Of a stretch of 64,000 bases of DNA, positions 11,701-20,521 are shown piece after piece. Numbering within the stretch: position 1 is the stretch's first letter; the number at the start of each line of letters is the position of its first letter. Below the pieces are notes generated by a model. That model was not told the origin of the DNA. It ran no database searches and worked only from the letters and a program-made list of their open reading frames with translations. The stretch is from a virus (lineage: Duplodnaviria > Caudoviricetes). The position numbers were made by a program, and so were the translations under genes. The stretch lies in IMG/VR virus record IMGVR_UViG_3300024252_000005; one strand, 5' to 3'.

Positions 11701-11843
11701 CATGTGGTAGACTACTAAAAAGTTTAAAAAGATATTTTAAGACTATACTAATAATTTCTCATGTAGATTCAATTAAAGATATCGTTGATAAGAATATTGA
11801 AATAATAATTAAAGGACAAGATTCATATGTCGAATATAAATGA
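8706..11843 (+). CDS. Fused Mre11/SbcD nuclease - Rad50/SbcC ATPase (T4 gp47-gp46-like in one chain)
   Basis: Metallophosphoesterase motifs HISDIH, GGD, GNHD, FHG and GDIH. Then Walker A GNNRSGKS, Q-loop SQG, a long coiled coil, signature SGME, Walker B/D-loop IIDEGFGALD and H-loop IISH, all in one 1045-aa frame. Confidence 0.9.
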   Translation: MSIKIAHISDIHWRSLKRHDEYKNIFVKCLNKLTNLKPDVIYIGGDIVHSKTQGISPEIIENLTWSFNELSKIAPLHIILGNHDGLILNTDRQDAITPIINAIDNKNIFLYKKSGVYSTGIKGYDWCVFSCFDQENWNKVKPSEENINIACFHGAVTGSKTDIDWELEGEVKLGMFDGYDFGLFGDIHKFQYLDKDKRVAYPGSLIQQNYGEDIKKGFLFWDINNRYDFKSKLITITNPHPFVTVEWQGNVEETIAFCAKVKKEARFRIKSESSISQAEIKLLHYYLKHEKNAKEIVYQNIQSKSLEKTSISEDRSNILNIRNKSDRGSLLKSLYKDIDDLAFEKLDSIFIENLDKIPENLSSTEGQRWSINNMEFSNTFSYGKSNFINFNNLNGVIGIFGNNRSGKSSIPGTLMYNLFNTSDRGAIKNLDIVNIRKGNCKSRVNLSIGSENYDIIRETIKKSSKKGVVSATTSLSLKRNNINSEEINETEEQRRETEKVLRKLIGTSEDFLYTSFASQGEINTFIKEKSSARKSILSKFLSLEIYEEIYKNSREDYIVLKSKLKSLKEENWNVTISDLNKKIEDIDYKEIKNQEKISIARQLEVNLRVQLRDLEKDIKKHPSGYTIDTANKELNFSNNAKVREENFIKDLERDISDSKEKIRKIELFKENYSIESLESEKEKLDSLSKNITFFKQERNSLTREKNNSCNEIKILDQVPCGDKYQTCKFISKAHKAQSELPDLTKSIKEVESSIYEIKGAIERLEKENIKENIKKYNNILNKEYKLKIDLDGYKEKISAKKEKINSINEKIEKLSVLSLELASYNDDSIIEKTEKLKQDLNRVQEDISTNESLSRKSQHETFQAKADIKETINEKEEYHKVIDKFKLYDMFSFAVSKKGIPTLLINSYLPKINNEINNILSGVTSFKIEIADDTNNNNLNVYIDYGDSKRIIECGSGMEKMMASIAIRVALINISYLPKSDIFIIDEGFGALDESNIEACGRLLKSLKRYFKTILIISHVDSIKDIVDKNIEIIIKGQDSYVEYK

Positions 11844-12087
11844 AGCAAAGTGGTATGAAATTGACAAAGATTTAGAAGAAGCTTTTGTCAATGGCATTAG
11901 ATTCGTAAGGCCTAAAAATGACATTACATTAAGCTTAGATTGTCCAGTTTGTAAAAACTTGATATGCACAATAGAAGATGTAGAAATGATGAAAAAAGAA
12001 GGAGTATGTGAAGATTGCTATACAACTTATTACTATAATAATAAAGAAAAATGGGAAAAAGGTTGGAGACCAGAGATAATTAAATAA
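11827..12087 (+). CDS. Small 4-Cys zinc-finger protein
   Basis: 86 aa; CPVC...CEDC. Confidence 0.6.
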   Translation: MSNINEAKWYEIDKDLEEAFVNGIRFVRPKNDITLSLDCPVCKNLICTIEDVEMMKKEGVCEDCYTTYYYNNKEKWEKGWRPEIIK

Positions 12088-12109
12088 ATAAATTATAAAG
12101 GAAAGTCAA

Positions 12110-12484
12110 ATGGAATACGATTTAATAGCTATGATTGGAAATTGTATAGATAATGTCTATAACAATACATGTGAAGATGGATCTAGAAGAACTGTCGCTA
12201 GACTTTTAAACGATAATTGCATGTCTATTGAGTACAGAACTATTTTGAACGTAGCTAGAGAAGAAGATTTGCATATTCAAATGCAGCATATGAAAAAAGA
12301 AACAAACGATATGATTTCTTCAAGGCTCAAGACAATAAAAGCTGAATTTAAAAAATCTGCAGGTAGAGCTTTAATAACAAAAAAGACAGATGAAACTGAT
12401 TCTGTAGAGACTTTAACAGTTAGTCCATATAGCCCTCATAGAAAAATGAAATATTGCTGTAAGTATACATACGAAGTAAAATAA
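12110..12484 (+). CDS. Hypothetical protein upstream of TerL
   Basis: 124-aa ORF with AAGGAAAG SD; its stop is 1 nt before the terL start. Confidence 0.6.
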   Translation: MEYDLIAMIGNCIDNVYNNTCEDGSRRTVARLLNDNCMSIEYRTILNVAREEDLHIQMQHMKKETNDMISSRLKTIKAEFKKSAGRALITKKTDETDSVETLTVSPYSPHRKMKYCCKYTYEVK

Positions 12485-12485
12485 G

Positions 12486-14108
12486 ATGAAGTCTAGAAAC
12501 GGTCAAATTAGCGAAATCATAAAATGCGGAAAAGATCCCGTATATTTTATGAACAAGTATTTAAAGATACAACATCCAATGCGTGGGCTAATATCTTTCA
12601 ATACATTCCCCTTTCAGGATGACTGTGTTTCTAGTTTTAATGATCATAGATTTAATATAATACTTAAATCTCGCCAACTTGGCCTATCAACATTAGTTGC
12701 TGCTTATGCAGTATGGCAAGCTGCTTTTTACAAAGAAAAAAATATATTAATAATTGCAACAAAGCTAGCAGTCGCGCAAAACTTTATTAGAAAAGTAAAG
12801 ACTTATATAAAAAGTATGCCAAAATGGCTACTTGTTCCAATTATAACTGCTAATAATAAGCAACAAGTAGAATTTTCAAATGGTTCACAAATTAAAGCTG
12901 TACCCACATCAGAAGATGCTGGCCGCTCTGAAGCACTGTCATTGCTAATAGTAGATGAGGCAGCTTTTGTAAGAAACTTTGATGAATTATGGATGGGTCT
13001 TTATCCTACGTTATCTACTGGTGGTAGAGCAATATTGTTATCAACTCCCAATGGTGTAGGTGGTCAATATCATGAAATTTATACAAAAGCTGCAAGAAAA
13101 GAAAACGCGTTTAATCCTATAAAGCTAATGTGGGACGTCCACCCTGAAAGAGGTGATGAATGGTTTCAGAGAGAGACCAAAAATATGTCGCAAAAACAAG
13201 TCTCACAAGAGCTTTTATGCGACTTTGCTTCGTCTGGTGATACATTTCTATCAAGTGATATTATTGAAAAAATAAGAATAATGTCAAAATCACCAATGGA
13301 AAAGAGCGGTCCTGGAAATAACGTTTGGTATTGGGAATATCCGATTGAGGGCATAAGCTACGTTCTTTCAGCTGATATTGCAAGAGGCGATAGTGGTGAC
13401 TACTCAACATTTCATGTTATAAACACTAAAGACTTATCAGTTGCTTCAGAGTTTAAAGGCAAGATTCCTCCAGACCAATTTGCTTCTGTTGTGTATGACA
13501 TAGCTAAGAGATTTAACAATGCAATAGTTTGTCCTGAGAACAATGCTTATGGATATACAATGTTAGTGAAGCTAGGTGACCTTGGCTATAAAAATATATA
13601 TTTTGCTTCTGAAAGGGAAAAGTACAGATATATTTATGGTGAAGGCAATAATATAGGAAAGGCTGGATTTAATACTAACAAAGAGTCTAGAGAGAAAATA
13701 TTAGCTAACTTTGAAGAATGTCTAAGAAATGGAAAAGTAAAAAGTTATTCAAATAGACTTTACTCTGAGTTAAAGACATTTATATGGAATGGTAAAAAAA
13801 TAACTGCAATGAAAGGTTATAATGATGACTTGATAATGTCTTTAGCAATAGGTAGCTGGCTAGCATGTAACAATTCAGAAACTTATAACGTTCTACAGAT
13901 TCAACAAGCAGATGCTTTATTAAAAGGCATGGAAGTTAACAATACAAAAATAGATAATACAATACAAAATAAGAATTTTTATCAAAATAAACATAATAGT
14001 GTCAATCCGTTTATACCCGTGTATATGCCAGACAGTAGTTTTAGTGGTAAAAAAGAGATATCTCCCAAAAATCCTTTAGGTGATTTATCTTGGTTGATTG
14101 GAAAGTAA
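12486..14108 (+). CDS. terL: Terminase large subunit (T4 gp17-like)
   Basis: Walker A KSRQLGLST, Walker B LLIVDEAAF, motif III STPNG, and nuclease motifs ADIARG, PENN and NDDLIMSLA. Confidence 0.93.
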   Translation: MKSRNGQISEIIKCGKDPVYFMNKYLKIQHPMRGLISFNTFPFQDDCVSSFNDHRFNIILKSRQLGLSTLVAAYAVWQAAFYKEKNILIIATKLAVAQNFIRKVKTYIKSMPKWLLVPIITANNKQQVEFSNGSQIKAVPTSEDAGRSEALSLLIVDEAAFVRNFDELWMGLYPTLSTGGRAILLSTPNGVGGQYHEIYTKAARKENAFNPIKLMWDVHPERGDEWFQRETKNMSQKQVSQELLCDFASSGDTFLSSDIIEKIRIMSKSPMEKSGPGNNVWYWEYPIEGISYVLSADIARGDSGDYSTFHVINTKDLSVASEFKGKIPPDQFASVVYDIAKRFNNAIVCPENNAYGYTMLVKLGDLGYKNIYFASEREKYRYIYGEGNNIGKAGFNTNKESREKILANFEECLRNGKVKSYSNRLYSELKTFIWNGKKITAMKGYNDDLIMSLAIGSWLACNNSETYNVLQIQQADALLKGMEVNNTKIDNTIQNKNFYQNKHNSVNPFIPVYMPDSSFSGKKEISPKNPLGDLSWLIGK

Positions 14109-14111
14109 ATA

Positions 14112-17100
14112 ATGGCTAAAGAAAATAATAATCTATTTAAAAAGCTAACAGATCTATTTAGATCTGGTCCTGTTGTAAAAAGAAAAATAAAAAACATAAA
14201 GAATATGTCTCACTCAAAGTCTTCGCTTGAAGTCTTTAAGAAGGCACATAGCGATGTTTACAATAGCACGCTCAGCGCTTACGGTTCTTACGATAGAATG
14301 GCAAGATATTCAGATTTCTCAGAAATGGAAGCTTGTATTGCTGGTGATACATTAATTGCAACACCGAACGGTTATACAGAAATACAAGAGCTATCCAAAC
14401 AATACGGTCCAGACGAGGCTTTTATTGTTTATTCTTATGATCATGAAAAAAAGCAAATTGTTCCTGCATTAGGCAAACAAGCCAGACATACAGTTACAGA
14501 AATGTCATATAAGATTACATTTGATTCTGGTAAGACGCTTATTGCAACACCTGATCATCGTGTAATGAGAAGAGATGGCACTTATTGTGAAGTCCAACAT
14601 CTAAAAGTAGGCGATTCAATGATGCCTTTTTATAGAAAAGCTTTGTTCGATAAAGATAAAGACAGTGGCAAGGGTTATCAGTGGATCTATACTATGAACA
14701 AAGCAGATTCAACGCTTAATAACGGATGGATATCAGAGCATAGAGTTATTGCAGAGTGGGTTGCTAATAGAAAGATAAAGAATAGCGAACATGTTCATCA
14801 TAGAAACTTTATTAGAAATGATAATAGACCTGAAAATCTTCAAATTATGGATGCTAAAGAACATTTAGCATATCATGCAAACATTCTTAATGGTAAAAAG
14901 TGGGATTACAAAGAAAACTCATCATGGATAGAAAATTTTAAAAAGAATCATTCTAAGTTTATGAAAGAAAACAATCCTGCTGAACGTAAAGATGTTACAT
15001 TTGCTAAGATTTTACAAGTTTGTGATCGCGATGGATATAACTGGTCACATTTACAAAGAGTTTTTGATTGTTCATCAACAGTAATTACAAATAGATTGAG
15101 AGATGCTGGATTTAGTAATTTTACTTATTTTGCCAAAGCATACGATCCTAATTGGAAAAACAACGGGTGGAATAATAAAGGTAATAAAAATCCTAGGTAT
15201 GATAAAACGCTAACATATCAAAAAATATGTGATGCTTTCAAAGAAGGGATTACATGCAAAGACTTGGCTACTGCTTTGAATACAACATCTTCCAAGATAA
15301 ACAGTAGAATTAAAAACGAAGGATACAAAAACTTTACGGAGTTTAAAAAGTCATTTGGAAATCATAAGGTTGTAAGTGTCGAGCCATATAAAACTATAGA
15401 TCTTTATGACTTAACTGTTGACGGATATAAAAACTATGCAACAGACTCTATTCTTGTCCACAACACTCCTGAAATAAGTTCAGCACTTGACATATACTCA
15501 GAAGAATGTGTTTCGCCTGATGTCGAAGGACAAGTCTTACACATATATTCTGAAAACAGAATGATAAAGAAGATTCTTAACGAACTTTTTTATGATACTC
15601 TAAACATAGACTTCAATCTTGCAATGTGGGTTCGTAATCTATGTAAATATGGTGACTTTTTTCTTTTTAATGATATCCATCCAGAATTTGGTGTTATTAA
15701 TACATTTCCTATACCAATAGCAGAAATTGAAAGAGAAGAAGGATTTGACCCAGATGACCCAGGTGCTGTAAGGTTCAGGTGGGTAACTCAAGGCAACAGA
15801 GTACTAGAAAACTGGCAAATATCACACTTTAGACTTTTAGGTAACGATGCTTTCTTGCCTTACGGATCATCTGTATTAGAAGGTGCAAGAAGAGTATGGC
15901 GTCAATTAATTCTTATTGAAGACGCAATGCTTGTTTATCGAGTAATTAGATCTCCTGAAAGACGTGTATTTTACATAGATGTAGGTAATATTCCTCCAGA
16001 GAACATTGCAGACTACTTAGAGCAAGCACAGACTTCTCTAAAGAGAAATGCTGTAATAAACAAAAATACTGGTGAAGTAGACTTAAGATACAACCCACTT
16101 TCAGTAGACGAAGATTATTTCTTGCCTGTTCGTGGAGGTGATACTGGTACTAGAATTGATACTCTAGCAGGCGGTTCAAATACAACAGCTATTGAAGACG
16201 TTGAGTATATCCAAAAGAAGCTTTTTGCTGCTCTAAAGATTCCTAAGGCATATCTTGGCTATGATGAAGATATCGGTGCCAAAGCAACTCTTGCTCAAGA
16301 AGATATAAGATTTAGTAGGACAATACAAAGAATTCAAAAAACAATTGTTTCTGAACTTAACAAGCTAGCAATGATTCATTTGTATACACATGGGTACACA
16401 GAAGAGAACCTGCTTGAATTTGATTTAAAGCTTAGTAATCCATCGAGCATCGCGCAACAACAAAAACTGGAGTTAATTAGGACAAAGTTTGAAATAGCTG
16501 GCCAGGCTCCTGAAGGCTTTGTTGATAAAGAGTGGATAAGAAAGCATATTATTGATCTTAATGATGACGAAATAACTAGAATTGAAAAGGGAAGAGAAAA
16601 AGACAAGATAAGAGATATGCAGCTTGAAGCTGTGCAAATTCCTGAAACAGATCAGCTTTCATTCGGAGATGAAAATATTGGTGGTGATGAAGGTGGTGGT
16701 GATGGAGGTGGTGGTGATATGTTTGGGGGTGGTGGTGAAGAATCAAGTGGAGGAGGCGATGATGCAGGAGGATTAGGAGATCTATTCTCAGGAGAAATCA
16801 AATCTGGCAAGTTAATGTCTGAAGATGAGTTATCTCAATATGATGAGTTAATAGACGAAGAAGAAGTAAAGAAAGACTATAACGGCAACCCAATAAAAGC
16901 TTCAAATTCTAGCAAGTCAAATTCTCTTTTTACTGCAGGAGATTTAAATCCAGTTGTAACAGTATCAGGCGCGCAAGCAACAGGTATTCATAGAACGCAT
17001 GCAGGTACTTCTACTTTAGGGAAAAATCAATCAATTGTAACTTCTAAAGATTTGATGGACAGTATAATGCCTCAGAGTCCAGTAATTAAAAACTTTATTG

Positions 17101-17258
17101 ATAAACAGTTAAATTATAGAATGAGTAAAGACTTGGAAGACATGTCAAATAAGCTAAATATAGGCTTTAGTAAAAATAAAGTTTTATCTGAAGGAAATGA
17201 CGAAGATTACGATATACTTATAGACGATGATATTTTTGATGGAGAAAGTGTGGACTAA
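14112..17258 (+). CDS. Portal protein (T4 gp20-like) containing an intein
   Basis: Exteins rejoin as RYSDFSEMEA-TPEISSALDIYSEE. Downstream WVRNLCKYGDFF, EDAMLVYRVIRSPERRVFYIDVGN and EDYFLPVRGG are gp20-family motifs. The gene follows terL. Confidence 0.9.
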   Translation: MAKENNNLFKKLTDLFRSGPVVKRKIKNIKNMSHSKSSLEVFKKAHSDVYNSTLSAYGSYDRMARYSDFSEMEACIAGDTLIATPNGYTEIQELSKQYGPDEAFIVYSYDHEKKQIVPALGKQARHTVTEMSYKITFDSGKTLIATPDHRVMRRDGTYCEVQHLKVGDSMMPFYRKALFDKDKDSGKGYQWIYTMNKADSTLNNGWISEHRVIAEWVANRKIKNSEHVHHRNFIRNDNRPENLQIMDAKEHLAYHANILNGKKWDYKENSSWIENFKKNHSKFMKENNPAERKDVTFAKILQVCDRDGYNWSHLQRVFDCSSTVITNRLRDAGFSNFTYFAKAYDPNWKNNGWNNKGNKNPRYDKTLTYQKICDAFKEGITCKDLATALNTTSSKINSRIKNEGYKNFTEFKKSFGNHKVVSVEPYKTIDLYDLTVDGYKNYATDSILVHNTPEISSALDIYSEECVSPDVEGQVLHIYSENRMIKKILNELFYDTLNIDFNLAMWVRNLCKYGDFFLFNDIHPEFGVINTFPIPIAEIEREEGFDPDDPGAVRFRWVTQGNRVLENWQISHFRLLGNDAFLPYGSSVLEGARRVWRQLILIEDAMLVYRVIRSPERRVFYIDVGNIPPENIADYLEQAQTSLKRNAVINKNTGEVDLRYNPLSVDEDYFLPVRGGDTGTRIDTLAGGSNTTAIEDVEYIQKKLFAALKIPKAYLGYDEDIGAKATLAQEDIRFSRTIQRIQKTIVSELNKLAMIHLYTHGYTEENLLEFDLKLSNPSSIAQQQKLELIRTKFEIAGQAPEGFVDKEWIRKHIIDLNDDEITRIEKGREKDKIRDMQLEAVQIPETDQLSFGDENIGGDEGGGDGGGGDMFGGGGEESSGGGDDAGGLGDLFSGEIKSGKLMSEDELSQYDELIDEEEVKKDYNGNPIKASNSSKSNSLFTAGDLNPVVTVSGAQATGIHRTHAGTSTLGKNQSIVTSKDLMDSIMPQSPVIKNFIDKQLNYRMSKDLEDMSNKLNIGFSKNKVLSEGNDEDYDILIDDDIFDGESVD
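14334..15464 (+). mobile_element. Intein (377 aa) with HNH homing endonuclease
   Basis: Block A CIAGDTLIATPNG (TGT at 14334), block B TLIATPDHRVM, block F LYDLTVDGYKNY, block G LVHN followed by +1 Thr (ACT at 15465). Central EHRVIAE...HVHHRNFIRNDNRPENL is an HNH motif. Confidence 0.92.
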
Positions 17259-18085
17259 TGCCGAGATCACATAATAAAAAAAGAAATGTTGGTATAATTT
17301 ATGAGCAAATTATCAACTTTGTTTGTGGAAGATTATTAGAAGAAGATAAAAAGTCTGCTGAAAGCGCTGTTAGTATTATTAAGTCTCATTTTAGGCCTAG
17401 CTCACAGCTATATAAAGAGTATAAATTATTTAAAGCTTTAGCAACTACTCATAATGTAAACGACCAATTAGCTTCTTCTATTATAAACGAAGCAAAAAAA
17501 GCATGTAATAAAATGTTTAACAGCGAAAGCTTAGAAAAAGAGAAATCTTCACTTATAAGAGATCTTAACTATGCTTTCGGAAAAGGTGTTATTTTTGAGG
17601 AGAAAGTTAGCAACTATAGAACTTATGCAACAATTCAGACTTTGTTAAATGAGTGGAGAAATAATAGTAACAACTTTGATAAAACAACAGAATATGAAAT
17701 TAAACTTCATAGTAGTTTAACAAAAAAAGAAGTTTTAAAAGAAAGAAAGATGCCAATTAGTGTTGATCCTTTAACATATAATATAATGAAAGATAAGTTT
17801 AATAAAAAGTATATGACTCAATTAAATGAATCTCAGAAAGATATTGTTGGCTCTTTTATTAACGACGAAGAGCAAGTAATTGTAGAGAAATATACTAAAT
17901 TAAAAGAATCTTGCATGAAAGTTTTAAATAATTACATTAATCGTTGCAATAATTCTATTCTAGTTGAAAAGAACAATAAGATTCGCTCAAAGTTAGTTTC
18001 TTTAGATGAAAATGATTTATCAAAAGAAAATCTTCAAAAGTTTTTAATTGTGTCAAAATTAAAAGAAGAGATATTAGGAGAATAA
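17258..18085 (+). CDS. Conserved head-module protein between portal and protease
   Basis: 275 aa, helical; TAATG overlap with the portal stop; N-terminal HNKKRNVGIIYEQI. Confidence 0.6.
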   Translation: MPRSHNKKRNVGIIYEQIINFVCGRLLEEDKKSAESAVSIIKSHFRPSSQLYKEYKLFKALATTHNVNDQLASSIINEAKKACNKMFNSESLEKEKSSLIRDLNYAFGKGVIFEEKVSNYRTYATIQTLLNEWRNNSNNFDKTTEYEIKLHSSLTKKEVLKERKMPISVDPLTYNIMKDKFNKKYMTQLNESQKDIVGSFINDEEQVIVEKYTKLKESCMKVLNNYINRCNNSILVEKNNKIRSKLVSLDENDLSKENLQKFLIVSKLKEEILGE

Positions 18086-18086
18086 A

Positions 18087-18689
18087 ATGGGTGCACCTAG
18101 GTTAATTACAGAATGGGTAAACTTCCAGTATGACCCCCAAATAATAAAAGAGCAAAAGACAGCAGGAAGTCCTTTAATAATGAAGGGCATTTTGCAAAAA
18201 GCTGAAACTCTTAATCAGAATGGCAGAGTTTACCCTAAGACTATTTTGGAAAGAGAGATAAGAAATTATCAAAAGTTTATTCAAGAGAATAGAGCATTAG
18301 GTGAGTTAGATCACCCAGATTCTTCTGTTGTTGAGCTTAAAAATGCTTCTCACAATATAAAAGAAGCGTACATGGAAGGTAATATAGTTTATGGGACTGT
18401 TGAGATCTTAAATACGCCTAGTGGAAAGATTTTGCAGTCATTAGTTGAGAGTGGAGTAACATTAGGTATATCGTCTCGAGGTGTAGGTAGTACAAAGACA
18501 GAGGGAAATATGCAAATTGTGCAAGACGATTTTCAACTTATTTGTTGGGATTTTGTAAGTGAGCCTTCGACTCCTGGAGCATTTATGATGAGAGAAGGAA
18601 AAGAGGTATCATCTCAGTTTATTAATAAAGTTTTTAACAAAACAGACAGAATAGATAGAATATTTAACGATATATTGGAGTGGAAATAA
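18087..18689 (+). CDS. Prohead core protease (T4 gp21-like)
   Basis: GILQKAETLNQNGRVYP, GELDHP, GISSRGVGS and WDFVSEPSTPGA. Confidence 0.9.
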   Translation: MGAPRLITEWVNFQYDPQIIKEQKTAGSPLIMKGILQKAETLNQNGRVYPKTILEREIRNYQKFIQENRALGELDHPDSSVVELKNASHNIKEAYMEGNIVYGTVEILNTPSGKILQSLVESGVTLGISSRGVGSTKTEGNMQIVQDDFQLICWDFVSEPSTPGAFMMREGKEVSSQFINKVFNKTDRIDRIFNDILEWK

Positions 18690-19075
18690 TGGCTGATAAT
18701 GATCATAATACAAGATGGCCCGCGCCAAGCGTGACAAGTGTACCTGAGTATCAATTAAGCGGATTACCTTATTGCGAAACAAAGACTGTAAATAGCGCTA
18801 AATCTAGTTTTACGTTTCCTAGAGTTACAAGGTGGATAACAGTTTCTTCTACGGTTGCAGTAGACATATATTTTACAGCAGCTGGAAATGGCGATCCTCT
18901 AAATGATCAATATTATACAGTACCTGCTAATACACATACTCTAAGGCTAGAATTAAGATGCGCAAAACTATATGTAAAAACCACTGCAGATGGCAGTGTA
19001 AGTGTTGCTGCAGGATTAACGCATATTGACAAATCGAAAACTGTGCCTGAAGCTATGTTAGATTGGATTGAGTAA
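18680..19075 (+). CDS. Hypothetical, probable virion protein
   Basis: 131-aa beta-rich ORF overlapping the protease end; ATG at 18689 is the more likely start. Confidence 0.55.
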   Translation: MEIMADNDHNTRWPAPSVTSVPEYQLSGLPYCETKTVNSAKSSFTFPRVTRWITVSSTVAVDIYFTAAGNGDPLNDQYYTVPANTHTLRLELRCAKLYVKTTADGSVSVAAGLTHIDKSKTVPEAMLDWIE

Positions 19076-19077
19076 TA

Positions 19078-19506
19078 ATGGCAAAAGTAAGCAGAAGTAT
19101 GCTTAAGGGCATTGTAAAAGAGTGCCTTGTTGAGCTTTTAGCAGAAGGTTTATCTGGTGGCGACACAAGAGAGTTAAACGAAAGCATGGGAAATAGTATT
19201 CCTACTTTTAAAAACTCTGTTAAGCGTACACAAAAGCAGGCAGCTAAAAAAGTTGTTAATGAAAGCTTTGAAGAAAACACAAGAAAAGTTATATCAAATG
19301 TAACAAGTGATCCAGTGATGGCATCTTTATTAGAAGACACAGCAAATACAACGTTGCAAGAGCAAAATAGTGCAGATTCATCTAATAGGTTTGCGGCGAA
19401 GGCAACTGACTCTTATAGTCGCGCTGTTGATAGTAGTGATCCTGTTGAGTTATTTGGTGAAGCTTCAAATAATTGGGCAGCATTAGCTTTTTCAGGTAAT
19501 AAATAA
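19078..19506 (+). CDS. Putative prohead core/internal protein
   Basis: 142 aa; N-terminal amphipathic LKGIVKECLVELLAE; located in the head module. Confidence 0.55.
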   Translation: MAKVSRSMLKGIVKECLVELLAEGLSGGDTRELNESMGNSIPTFKNSVKRTQKQAAKKVVNESFEENTRKVISNVTSDPVMASLLEDTANTTLQEQNSADSSNRFAAKATDSYSRAVDSSDPVELFGEASNNWAALAFSGNK

Positions 19507-19585
19507 AGAAAATAATAAAAATAATGTTTTTAGACATAGTTAGAAATATATTGATTAAACAAGAAACAATTTATGGAGTTTACTT

Positions 19586-19876
19586 ATGTCTAGAAATAGA
19601 GAAAGAATGGTTGAAGTTACACCTTCTACAATTAGAAGACTAGTTAGAGAAGAGCGCGCTCGCTTAAATGAGACCTTAGAGCTCAAAGCTCGTCATCCAT
19701 CAGATGTTGCCAAAAAGACACGTGAAGTTGATGCAACTGCTTATGCAGATACATTAGCAAAGTGTATGGACTATTATCAGATGGCAAAGCTTAAAGAGTC
19801 AAAAATGGTAGAAGAATTAAAAAGACTTCAGGAAGTTAAAAGAGAGCTCAAGAAGAGAATACTTAAAGGTATCTAA
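19586..19876 (+). CDS. Putative prohead core/internal protein
   Basis: 96 aa with GGAG SD; VTPSTIRRLVREERARLNE leader and a C-terminal coiled coil. Confidence 0.6.
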   Translation: MSRNRERMVEVTPSTIRRLVREERARLNETLELKARHPSDVAKKTREVDATAYADTLAKCMDYYQMAKLKESKMVEELKRLQEVKRELKKRILKGI

Positions 19877-19910
19877 TCTTTTTTAATTATAAACAGAAAA
19901 GGAGCATCAC

Positions 19911-20504
19911 ATGGCAGGTTATAATGGCTTAGGACAAGGCGTTTTTACAAATGCAACAACTTTTAATGATCAAATTGGAAGACAAAGAGACAAATACAGC
20001 GCTAAAAACCGCGCAAGAAACGTAGACGAAAATTTAGGTGTTTCTAGAGATACATCAGCTTTATTTCCAAGTTTTGTTGCTCAAGATATATATGACAGAA
20101 GCGTAGAAGAATTTCAAGGTTTAGACTTTTTAGCTGCAGGAGGTAACCCGGACTTTGGGCCTACTGGTGTCAAGCTAGATAATGATGGAACACCTATGTT
20201 TACAAATGTTAATTTACAAATCGATCAGCCTAATAAAAAGGGTCCTAACTTAATAGCACCTGATATTAATAACTTGACTGCACCTACAGCTGAACAAGAA
20301 ACATCTAGCTTTACTAATAGAGGTTTTGGCTGGAAAGATGGTAGAAATGAGTCTGGTACAGAAACTGCTAGAATTGGTGAATATTTTAGCAAGCACTATA
20401 ACGCTACGGGTATTGACCAAAGTATTACTAGACCTAAGTTCGGTGAAGCAAAAGATCCGGGTACACCAGCAAATCCTGATGCAATAAACTACGATCAGCC
20501 TTAA
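19911..20504 (+). CDS. Hypothetical head-module protein
   Basis: 197 aa with AAGGAG SD; Gly/Asn/Pro-rich. Confidence 0.6.
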   Translation: MAGYNGLGQGVFTNATTFNDQIGRQRDKYSAKNRARNVDENLGVSRDTSALFPSFVAQDIYDRSVEEFQGLDFLAAGGNPDFGPTGVKLDNDGTPMFTNVNLQIDQPNKKGPNLIAPDINNLTAPTAEQETSSFTNRGFGWKDGRNESGTETARIGEYFSKHYNATGIDQSITRPKFGEAKDPGTPANPDAINYDQP

Positions 20505-20521
20505 TATAGAGTTTAGCTAAC

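Noticed and set aside
12110-12484. Terminase small subunit
   Set aside because: Only its position supports this; I see no HTH or oligomerisation pattern I can assign, so it is left as hypothetical.
14334-15464. Group I intron in the portal gene
   Set aside because: The insert is in frame without stops and has protein-splicing blocks A, B, F and G, so it is an intein.
16660-16770. DNA tandem repeat (GGTGGTGAT-like)
   Set aside because: It is explained by Gly/Asp codons in the portal tail; the codons vary and there is no fixed period.
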